38,901 nucleotides of DNA from an uncultured Barnesiella sp. (GTDB lineage Bacteria; Bacteroidota; Bacteroidia; Bacteroidales; Muribaculaceae), in NCBI GenBank assembly GCA_964490275.1, contig CAZBBL010000001.1, forward strand, positions 1 through 38,901. The letters are read 5' to 3'. The translations under genes and the position numbers were made by a program. The first letter of the stretch is position 1, and every line of letters starts with the position of its first letter. The notes below the pieces were generated by a model. It had not been told where the DNA came from. It made no database searches and was given only the letters and a program-made list of their open reading frames with translations. Shown piece after piece: positions 19,272 through 27,271 of this stretch.

Positions 19272-20324
19272 ATGGCCCTTTTAAAATTCAAAGATATAGG
19301 TATTAAAGCCATAAGCGCTACCGTACCACATACTATAGTAAAGACCGACTCCCTAACTGACTATTACTCTAAGGAGGAGCTCGACAAATTTATCGCTGCC
19401 ACCGGCGTTGAGCAACGGCGTTTTGCCGACAAAGATGTTTGTGCTTCTGACCTTTGCGAAAAGTCAGCCTTACAAATCTTTAATGAGACCTCTATCGCTC
19501 GTTCAGATATTGATGCGCTGTTTTTTATTAGCCAAAGTCCTGACTATAAAATTCCGGGCACATCTGTTATTCTTCAGCACAAACTCGGTTTAAGCAAAGA
19601 CATAATCGTATATGATGTAAATATGTCTTGTTCCGGCTTTATACACGGGTTGTTAATGGCTTACTCTTTTCTCCAACATCCCGACATAAACAATGTTATG
19701 ATTATGGTCGGAGAGACATTATCTCATATGATTTCACTACAAGATAAAGGCACCGGCAAGCTCTTGGGCGATGCCGGCACTGTAGCTGTAATCGGGAAAG
19801 GGCAACAGTTTGGCGAAAGCTTCTTCTCAATGAATAGCGATGGCTCAAATCTTAATTCGGTTATTCTCCCTGCCGGGGGGGGTAGAATACCTTCTTCTGA
19901 AGAGACTCTAAAAATGACCAAGCATGAAGATGGCTCGATTCGTAGCCTCGAACAAATTAATATGGTCGGCGAAGACGTGTTTAGCTTCGCCATTTCAGTC
20001 CTACCCAAAGATATAAAGAAGCTACTTGCCTTTGCCAATAAAGGAATCGATGAAATTGACGTTTATGCCTTTCACCAAGCAAATAATTTTATGTCTAATT
20101 ATATCGCTAAGAAGGCAAAAGCAAATCCCGACAAAATACTCCACTCAATTCAAAAATATGGCAATACAGCCGGCACTTCTATACCACTTTGTATGGTTGA
20201 AAATCGCGACAAAATTCATATAAACAATTCTGTACTGATGAATGCCATCGGAGCAGGATTTGCCTATGGCACAGTATTGATAAACATCGCCGATTGTCAA
20301 ATACTTCCCTTATCTGAAATGTAA
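19272..20324 (+). CDS. 3-oxoacyl-ACP synthase III family protein (FabH-like), copy 1
   Basis: Triad Cys (MSCSG), His (FHQAN), Asn (YGNT); LGDAG; GAGF. Confidence 0.9.
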   Translation: MALLKFKDIGIKAISATVPHTIVKTDSLTDYYSKEELDKFIAATGVEQRRFADKDVCASDLCEKSALQIFNETSIARSDIDALFFISQSPDYKIPGTSVILQHKLGLSKDIIVYDVNMSCSGFIHGLLMAYSFLQHPDINNVMIMVGETLSHMISLQDKGTGKLLGDAGTVAVIGKGQQFGESFFSMNSDGSNLNSVILPAGGGRIPSSEETLKMTKHEDGSIRSLEQINMVGEDVFSFAISVLPKDIKKLLAFANKGIDEIDVYAFHQANNFMSNYIAKKAKANPDKILHSIQKYGNTAGTSIPLCMVENRDKIHINNSVLMNAIGAGFAYGTVLINIADCQILPLSEM

Positions 20325-20325
20325 T

Positions 20326-21327
20326 ATGCACGCATATATTAAAGCATTATCCTATTACCTACCATCCGCTATTTTGGATAATGAAACTATTGCCAATGAA
20401 TTCCCTGAATGGTCTGTTGAAAAAATCGACAAAAAAATTGGAATCTCAAAACGTCATATCGCGGCTGATGGTGAAACCGCCAGCGACTTAGCTATTGGAG
20501 CAGCCGAAAAACTGTTTGTCGATTATTCAGTCAATAGAGCTGAGATTGACTACCTTATCTTTGTCACTCAAAGCCCCGACTATCACCTTCCTACAACAGC
20601 CTGTACAATTCAGAAACGTCTTGGCCTAAGTTTTAATATCGTTGCCATAGATGTCGCTCTCGGATGCTCCGGATTTGTCACCGGCCTTTCGTTAGCAAAA
20701 GCAGTTATTTTAGCCGGGCAAGCCAAAAACGTACTATTGCTCACTGCTGAAACTTATTCCAAATATATGCATCCCAAAGATAAGAGCAACCGCACCATCT
20801 TTGGCGATGGGGCTGCTGCGACCCTAATTAGTACTGATGGCTTTGCAAAGATAGGCAACTTCATTATCGGGACAGATGGGAATGGCGCAGAAAATCTAAT
20901 CGTAAAATCAGGATGTGCTCGCTATCCCAAGCCACTAAACGACCTTTCGTTTGATGAGTATGGAAATCCTCATTCGTCAGACTATTTATACATGGATGGC
21001 CCTGCGATACTCAACTACTCCATCGAGAGCATACCTCGTCTCGTATCTAATGTATTATCGGCAAACGGTTTATGCTTAGACGATATCGATTTACATGTAT
21101 ACCATCAAGCCAATTTATTTCTCGCTAAGCTCGAGCGTAAGAAGCTCAAAATAGCCCCTGAAAAATACTATGTAAACATTACAAATGTTGGCAACACCGT
21201 GTCGTCTACAATTCCTATTGCGCTATGCCTGGCATTAGAAGACGGCTCGTTGCGCAAAGGCATGAAAGTTCTTTCAGTTGCTCAAGGTTTAGGATATACT
21301 TGGGGTGGAATGGTATTATATTTCTAA
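20326..21327 (+). CDS. 3-oxoacyl-ACP synthase III family protein (FabH-like), copy 2
   Basis: Triad Cys (LGCSG), His (YHQAN), Asn (VGNT); IFGDGAAA; GLGYTWG. Confidence 0.9.
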   Translation: MHAYIKALSYYLPSAILDNETIANEFPEWSVEKIDKKIGISKRHIAADGETASDLAIGAAEKLFVDYSVNRAEIDYLIFVTQSPDYHLPTTACTIQKRLGLSFNIVAIDVALGCSGFVTGLSLAKAVILAGQAKNVLLLTAETYSKYMHPKDKSNRTIFGDGAAATLISTDGFAKIGNFIIGTDGNGAENLIVKSGCARYPKPLNDLSFDEYGNPHSSDYLYMDGPAILNYSIESIPRLVSNVLSANGLCLDDIDLHVYHQANLFLAKLERKKLKIAPEKYYVNITNVGNTVSSTIPIALCLALEDGSLRKGMKVLSVAQGLGYTWGGMVLYF

Positions 21328-21329
21328 GC

Positions 21330-21944
21330 ATGATACATATCGAAAGATTCATTAACGAATTGATGTCATCAAACTGTTACATTGTTTGGGACGATGAAAT
21401 TCACAGATGCATCATTATCGACCCGGCGAGCGAATTCTCGACAAGAGAAATCGAATTTATATATAATCAACAGCTCACACTTGATTATATCATTCTGACA
21501 CACGAGCACACAGATCACACTTGGGGCGTAAATGCTCTTTTATCAAAATTCAATGCTAAGGTTATTAGCACCAATGAATGCAAAAACAATCTTCCTAATG
21601 CCGGGAATGCATACTTTAAGCTCTATTACGAACGAGACAACTATTCTTACCAAGTCAGACGAGTTGACATTACTGCCGAACAACTCGCATGGAACTTGGT
21701 TTGGGGAGACCATACAATCAAATTAATCGACACTAAAGGTCACAGCATGGGGTCTATGTGTATCGACATCGACAACATGCTTTTCTCGGGTGACACCATT
21801 ATGCAATACAAACCCTATATCAACAAGCATAATGGCAGCAAAAAGCTTTATCAAGAAAGTGTTGATTTGATATTAAGCTTATATCACGGTGATACTATGA
21901 TTTATCCCGGACACGGCAAACCGTTCCTACTAAAAGACCGATAA
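21330..21944 (+). CDS. Metallo-beta-lactamase-fold hydrolase (glyoxalase II-like)
   Basis: THEHTDH (HxHxDH), GHSMGS, FSGD, PGHG; start at ATG 21330. Confidence 0.9.
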   Translation: MIHIERFINELMSSNCYIVWDDEIHRCIIIDPASEFSTREIEFIYNQQLTLDYIILTHEHTDHTWGVNALLSKFNAKVISTNECKNNLPNAGNAYFKLYYERDNYSYQVRRVDITAEQLAWNLVWGDHTIKLIDTKGHSMGSMCIDIDNMLFSGDTIMQYKPYINKHNGSKKLYQESVDLILSLYHGDTMIYPGHGKPFLLKDR

Positions 21945-23035
21945 TGATCAATTTCTACAACCTTACATTCAAAGAATTAATTCACGGAGCCAATATTAAC
22001 TTTTCAGACCCCTACCACATCGCTTCGTCATTATGCCCCGAAATGAAAGATGCTCTATTGCATAATCCTTCAGGCTTTCAGCCAGACGAAGTTTGTCAAA
22101 TCTTGGCTTTAGACGATGACACTGTCATTGGATGCACCAACCCATATAGCGGACGCATAAAAATCGATGGCGAAATTAGTATCGTGCAAAACGGTTCCTA
22201 CTTGTTTGCCCACGAAGGCTACCGCAAGGAAAACATTGGTGGCGAACTATTTATGACCATATCAAGCATTCATCCATCAAAGAAATGTTATTTCTCAGGC
22301 ATCTCCCACATGGCCATGGGACTATACCACGCCTTGAAATACACCATTTTTGAGTATCCGCGCATGATATATCTCAAAAATTGCAAAAGCGTGGTCAAAT
22401 CATTATTCCACACCCAAAGCGATATTGTGATGCCAATCGTTTGGATTGGGAACGCAGCTCTATGGCTACACCGCTATATCTTACGACTAAGCAACCGCCT
22501 TTGTCGCAACGATTATACAATCAAGCAGGTCGATTCAGTGCCACAAGATGTTATTGATATTGTCAACGCCGACGCTCACCCATTCACCGAATATCACGAC
22601 CGCGAATGGTTTGAATGGTGCTTAAAATATAAATTCACCGAACAGCCACGCATAAAACGTCTTTTCTTGATAAAGAAGGGCAACAAAACCGAAGGCTTCT
22701 TTCTTACAAAAGAGCAATTCTACGAGCAAGCAAGTGGCCGCGGTTTTAAAAACGTCACCCTCGGTTCTGTAATGGAATGGGGTATCGCCTCCGACTCTCA
22801 GCTATCTGAAAAAGACATCTATCTACTTGCCATTGACAGCTTCAGCCCAGACGTAGACGGCATCGTTTATGCTACAACCGATAAAACGATCTCACATAGT
22901 CTACGCAAGTGGCTGTTTATCGGCATCGGTACCGCCAATGCTGCTTTTAAATTTAAAGGCAACAAGGATCCCCGTTTGAAAGATATTAACAATTGGCGCA
23001 TACGTTTAGCCGCCAGCGATACTCTTCTCAACTAA
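21944..23035 (+). CDS. Uncharacterised protein, probable GNAT-fold acyltransferase
   Basis: LFAHEGYRKENIGGEL resembles GNAT motif A; later HDREWFEW resembles the second lobe of tandem-GNAT proteins. The fold call is inference. TAATG coupling to the upstream gene. Confidence 0.55.
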   Translation: MINFYNLTFKELIHGANINFSDPYHIASSLCPEMKDALLHNPSGFQPDEVCQILALDDDTVIGCTNPYSGRIKIDGEISIVQNGSYLFAHEGYRKENIGGELFMTISSIHPSKKCYFSGISHMAMGLYHALKYTIFEYPRMIYLKNCKSVVKSLFHTQSDIVMPIVWIGNAALWLHRYILRLSNRLCRNDYTIKQVDSVPQDVIDIVNADAHPFTEYHDREWFEWCLKYKFTEQPRIKRLFLIKKGNKTEGFFLTKEQFYEQASGRGFKNVTLGSVMEWGIASDSQLSEKDIYLLAIDSFSPDVDGIVYATTDKTISHSLRKWLFIGIGTANAAFKFKGNKDPRLKDINNWRIRLAASDTLLN

Positions 23036-23038
23036 ATT

Positions 23039-23827
23039 ATGAAAGTAATTCTGCACGCCGACGATTTCGGCTTCAATCAAGATACTCTCGACGCCACTAT
23101 CGAATGCTTTAAACTTGGCGCCCTATCGAGCTGCTCTATAATGGCAAATTGCGAATCCTCTAAAGCTGCTTTCGACTTCGCCCGTCGCAATCCGCAATTT
23201 AGCTATGGCGTACACCTGGTTTATGTCGACAACCTCAAGCCAATACTAGCTCCCGACAAAATACCATCCCTCGTCAATGACCAAGGCACATTCCTCCCCT
23301 CCAACGATGTCCGAAAAGCTGCACTCCTCCATAAACTGTCAATTAAGCAAATTATAGCCGAGTCTCAGGCTCAAATCGACCTCGTTAAAAGTGCCGGTAT
23401 CGATTTGACACACCTCGACAGTCACGGCCATCTACATAAATTTCCATCTATTTCAGGTGCATTTAAGCAACTAAACATAAATGGCTTACCAATTAGACGA
23501 GTACGTGGCGTACAAAATATCTTTATCAAGCAACCAAGCAAAACATCTCCCAACTATTGGCTCAACAAATACTTCAAGCACAATCTATCCCGCAACTTCC
23601 ACAATCCCGACTACTTCTATATGAGCGCCCATAACATGGATATCGGTTGGGCCGACTCTATTCTATCCATTATGAACCGTCTACCCGACAACGCAACAAT
23701 TGAAATTGGCATCCATCCAGGCAAATCTGAGCGATGGCGGCAATACGAGTTCGCCGACATTATCGACTTCTCAACCAAGCTACGACAAGAAGGTATACAC
23801 AAAATCATTTCTTGGAAGGACATCTAA
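23039..23827 (+). CDS. YdjC/ChbG-family carbohydrate deacetylase
   Basis: HADDFG, GVHL, HLDSHGHLH, EIGIHPG. Confidence 0.88.
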   Translation: MKVILHADDFGFNQDTLDATIECFKLGALSSCSIMANCESSKAAFDFARRNPQFSYGVHLVYVDNLKPILAPDKIPSLVNDQGTFLPSNDVRKAALLHKLSIKQIIAESQAQIDLVKSAGIDLTHLDSHGHLHKFPSISGAFKQLNINGLPIRRVRGVQNIFIKQPSKTSPNYWLNKYFKHNLSRNFHNPDYFYMSAHNMDIGWADSILSIMNRLPDNATIEIGIHPGKSERWRQYEFADIIDFSTKLRQEGIHKIISWKDI

Positions 23828-23856
23828 CTCTTTCCGACTCCACTCTCATCGTAATG
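23828..23856 (+). repeat. Right copy of the 29-bp direct repeat (starts right after the YdjC stop, ends on the GT4 ATG)
   Basis: CTCTTTCCGACTCCACTCTCATCGTAATG; 27/29 identical to 16677-16705. Confidence 0.92.
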
Positions 23857-25035
23857 GATAGTCGTAAGCTTAACATACTGTTTATAATGGGGCGCTATCC
23901 CAATGTCGGCGGCGTCGAAAGCGTGTCGACACTGCTGGCCAACCGGCTGGCTGCTCGCGGCCATAGCGTCTCAATCGTATCGTTTGAGCAACCGATGCCA
24001 CAACTCGCTGCCAAAGAGCTCAACCCGGCAGTGAAGCTCTATAGCCTCAAATTTCCGGTGAAACTCCGCAGCAACCTTCAAGAGTTCAGAGACATCCTCC
24101 GCCAAGAGCATACCGATATCATCATCAACCAATGGGCCTTGCCTTGGTATGTCAATCGCTTCATCAATCGCGCTCGTCGCGGCACCAACTGCCGCCTCGT
24201 CAGCGTGCTCCACAACAAGCCCGACGGCAACACGCGCATCCAAGGCGCCGACATGGCTATCAAAGCCCGCAACGGGTTTCTCCCGCTGCTACGCCTGAAA
24301 AAATGGGCTGCGACCACCGCCACTCGGCTGTCGCTGCGCTATGTCTATCGCCACAGCGATTGGTTTACGGTGTTGTCTGACAGTTTCGTCCCCATATTTA
24401 AGCAGTTTATCCACGACAACGACGGCTCTCGATTGTCGGCTCTGGGCAACCCGCTCTGCATCGCCCAGACCTCCTCAATCCGCCCGATAGCCGAGCGCAA
24501 CGGCTTTATCTATGTAGGTCGAGTCGAAGAAAATCAAAAACGTGTGTCGCGCTTGGTCGACATCTGGCAGCTATTGCTCGCCGCCAACCCGGCACGCCAC
24601 CTCACCATCGTCGGCGACGGCCCCGACCTCGACTCACTGAAAAAACAGTTTGCCCAACGACGGCTCACAAACGTAGAGTTTGTCGGATATGCCGACCCGG
24701 CGCCCTACTACGACCATGCCTCGATACTTTTGATGGTATCGCAATACGAAGGCTTTGGCCTCGTCATCATCGAAGCCATGAGCCGTGGCGTAGTGCCCGT
24801 AGTGCTCAATTCGTTTACGGCTTGCGCCGACGTCATCCCCAACGGCAGCGTCGGTCTAAAAATACCAACCCCCTTCGAGGCAACGGCGTTTGCCGACGCC
24901 ATCAACCGCCTCGAGGCCGACCCCTCTCAGCTCCAAGCCATGTCTACCGACGCCATAGAGTGGTCAAAACAATTCTCGCCCGACGCTATCACCGACCGTT
25001 GGCTCGAGCTTTTCAACCGGCTGCTTAATGCCTAA
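23854..25035 (+). CDS. Glycosyltransferase family 4
   Basis: GGVE, YVGRVEENQKRV, IVGDGPD, SQYEGFGLVIIEAMSRG; start at ATG 23854. Confidence 0.9.
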   Translation: MDSRKLNILFIMGRYPNVGGVESVSTLLANRLAARGHSVSIVSFEQPMPQLAAKELNPAVKLYSLKFPVKLRSNLQEFRDILRQEHTDIIINQWALPWYVNRFINRARRGTNCRLVSVLHNKPDGNTRIQGADMAIKARNGFLPLLRLKKWAATTATRLSLRYVYRHSDWFTVLSDSFVPIFKQFIHDNDGSRLSALGNPLCIAQTSSIRPIAERNGFIYVGRVEENQKRVSRLVDIWQLLLAANPARHLTIVGDGPDLDSLKKQFAQRRLTNVEFVGYADPAPYYDHASILLMVSQYEGFGLVIIEAMSRGVVPVVLNSFTACADVIPNGSVGLKIPTPFEATAFADAINRLEADPSQLQAMSTDAIEWSKQFSPDAITDRWLELFNRLLNA

Positions 25036-25087
25036 AACTTGTTCTCCGACAAGCGTTTAAGCACCTCATTCACATTACCGTCTTACA

Positions 25088-26149
25088 ATGGCTATAATAC
25101 AAACTGCCGGCATCCAATCGCCGCTGCTATCTATTGTCATCACCTGCTACAACGCCTCGGCCTACATCGAGCGCTGCCTCAACAGCGTCGTTGTCGACAA
25201 CGATTGTTCGCGCACCGAAGTGATTTGTGTCGACGACGGTTCGGCCGACAACACTCCGGCGCTGCTGCGCGATTTCGCCTCGCGCTACCCCCAACAAATC
25301 TCACTCATTGCCAAAGAAAATGGCGGTCCGTCGTCGGCGCGCAACGCCGGCATGGACTTGGCCCGCGGTCGCTTCTTGATGTTTATCGACGTCGACGACT
25401 ATATCAATGCCGACACCCTTGTCAAAATCTACGACATCTGCGACGACGCCAACCACCCCGACGTAGCTATCTTCAGCTACAACCGCGTAGCACGCTCGGG
25501 CGTAGCCTCTCAAGTTATCTTCGACGACAAAACCTATACCGACCGCGATTTAGATCTCTTTTTCCGCGTCATCTACGGCAACTTCCACCCCTGGGCTAAA
25601 GTCTACTCCGTCGACTTTCTCAACGGCGCTCGCTACGACAACTCGCTCCGATTCCTCGAAGATTGCCATTTCAATACACTCGTATTCAGCCGTTGCAAGA
25701 AAATCTCAACCTACTCGTTGGTGTTGTACAACTATATTTTCAACGGCCAAAACCTGACGTCGAAATATTATGGCGACTATTTTTGGTACACACTCTCGAC
25801 CAATCGCGACGTGCTTACTCATACCTACGCCAACCTCCAATGCTCCGAGCAATCGCGCCAAGAGCTGTTAGCACAAGCCTACCACGGCTATGCCTTCGAC
25901 ATCCTTATCGAAATCTATAGCATCTATCGCGCCGGCAATCGCCCCAAGCGCCACAAATACAGCCTGTTGAAGGCCATCCTTCGCGACATTCCCCAAATAA
26001 TGCCAATCAACCAATGGCACGCCCAGCTCAACACCGGCATCCCCTCCATTTTCTCTCGACTCACACGCATTCATCCTCGTCTTGGTCACCTATTTCTTTC
26101 GTCCATATTTAGCATTGAACGCATAAAAAAACGCATTTATGGCAAGTAA
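25088..26149 (+). CDS. Glycosyltransferase family 2
   Basis: VDDGSAD, KENGGPSSARNAG, FIDVDD, WAKVY, FLED. Confidence 0.9.
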   Translation: MAIIQTAGIQSPLLSIVITCYNASAYIERCLNSVVVDNDCSRTEVICVDDGSADNTPALLRDFASRYPQQISLIAKENGGPSSARNAGMDLARGRFLMFIDVDDYINADTLVKIYDICDDANHPDVAIFSYNRVARSGVASQVIFDDKTYTDRDLDLFFRVIYGNFHPWAKVYSVDFLNGARYDNSLRFLEDCHFNTLVFSRCKKISTYSLVLYNYIFNGQNLTSKYYGDYFWYTLSTNRDVLTHTYANLQCSEQSRQELLAQAYHGYAFDILIEIYSIYRAGNRPKRHKYSLLKAILRDIPQIMPINQWHAQLNTGIPSIFSRLTRIHPRLGHLFLSSIFSIERIKKRIYGK

Positions 26150-27170
26150 GTCTAACGCTGACAACATAAGCACGTGCATATCTATCGCCATGTGTAGCGA
26201 CAACCGCGGTGTGCCGATGATGCACATGGCGTTGAAATCAATCTTCGACTCCAACCGCGACGAAGAGCTCGACATCAACATCATCACCGACGACATCTCT
26301 CAAGAAAACCGCCAAAAGCTCGACACGCTTGCCGCAGCGTTCAACCGCCACATCTCGATTCACACTATCACGCAACAAGATATCGACAAACTCGACTTGC
26401 CTATTCTTAAAACCTCGAGATGGAACAAATCTGCAGCCTACCGATTCTTGCTACAAGAGCTGCTCCCCAACCTCAACCGCGTCTTATATCTCGACATCGA
26501 CATCATTGTGCGCCGCTCGCTCATGCAAATTTGGACATACGACCTCGGCGACTACGTTTTAGGCGCCGTTACCGAAATAAACTGTTCAAAAGAAATCGAA
26601 CGTATCGGCATCGTCGACAACGCCGACCTTGGCTATATCAATTCCGGCGTGATGCTTATCAACCTCGGTCTTTGGCGACAAATGGATTTAAGCGCCAAAC
26701 TGATTAAGGCTATGGACAACAATGCCGACACTTACCTCTATCCCGACCAAGATGCCATCAACCAACGGCTTTGGAACGACATCAAACGTCTGCCCATGAC
26801 ATTCAACGTCCAATACAACTACTTCACCTTCAGCAACCGAAAAGAGATTTTCCCCGGACAGCTTCAAGTGTTGGCAAACCCGGTGATTATCCACTTCTCT
26901 CGTCCCGAAAAGCCTTGGCATAAGGGGACCTACAACAAATGGTTTAAGCGCGAACTCATACTCCGGTATTGCAACATGGAGCCACACACCGAAGGCCTGA
27001 TGGACTCTGTGCGCTACGAACCGCAAAAAGCCAAGTCCACATTCAGCCAACGCCTGCTGCTAATCTACCTCAAAGCCGGCAGCTTCGTCAAGCAACGTCT
27101 CATACGTATGCACATCTTCCTCGCCCCAAGCTGGAAATTGCAAACCTACGACCCGTTCCCCGACGCCTGA
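26139..27170 (+). CDS. Glycosyltransferase family 8
   Basis: AYRFLL, RVLYLDID, YINSGVMLINL, PDQDAIN, IIHF..EKPW. Confidence 0.92.
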   Translation: MASKSNADNISTCISIAMCSDNRGVPMMHMALKSIFDSNRDEELDINIITDDISQENRQKLDTLAAAFNRHISIHTITQQDIDKLDLPILKTSRWNKSAAYRFLLQELLPNLNRVLYLDIDIIVRRSLMQIWTYDLGDYVLGAVTEINCSKEIERIGIVDNADLGYINSGVMLINLGLWRQMDLSAKLIKAMDNNADTYLYPDQDAINQRLWNDIKRLPMTFNVQYNYFTFSNRKEIFPGQLQVLANPVIIHFSRPEKPWHKGTYNKWFKRELILRYCNMEPHTEGLMDSVRYEPQKAKSTFSQRLLLIYLKAGSFVKQRLIRMHIFLAPSWKLQTYDPFPDA

Positions 27171-27210
27171 CATCCCTCCCCACAAGCACCATCATCTATC
27201 GCTATATATC

Positions 27211-27254
27211 AACGACCAAGGGCAGCGCCAACCATAGCGCTGCCCTTGGTCGTT
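27211..27254. terminator. Perfect 18-bp hairpin between convergent genes; likely bidirectional terminator ending the polysaccharide operon
   Basis: AACGACCAAGGGCAGCGC-caaccata-GCGCTGCCCTTGGTCGTT. Confidence 0.8.
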
Positions 27255-27271
27255 TATGGGGTAATCTATTG

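Noticed and set aside
21330-21944. Metallo-beta-lactamase resistance gene
   Set aside because: HxHxDH glyoxalase II-like pattern, no signal peptide, biosynthetic context
19272-21944. Pqs-like quinolone or dialkylresorcinol secondary-metabolite cluster
   Set aside because: No acyl-CoA ligase or cyclase; the genes are coupled inside a glycan operon
16677-23856. Calling the cassette an autonomous mobile element
   Set aside because: No integrase, transposase, relaxase or terminal inverted repeats seen; only the direct repeat and the composition shift are supported
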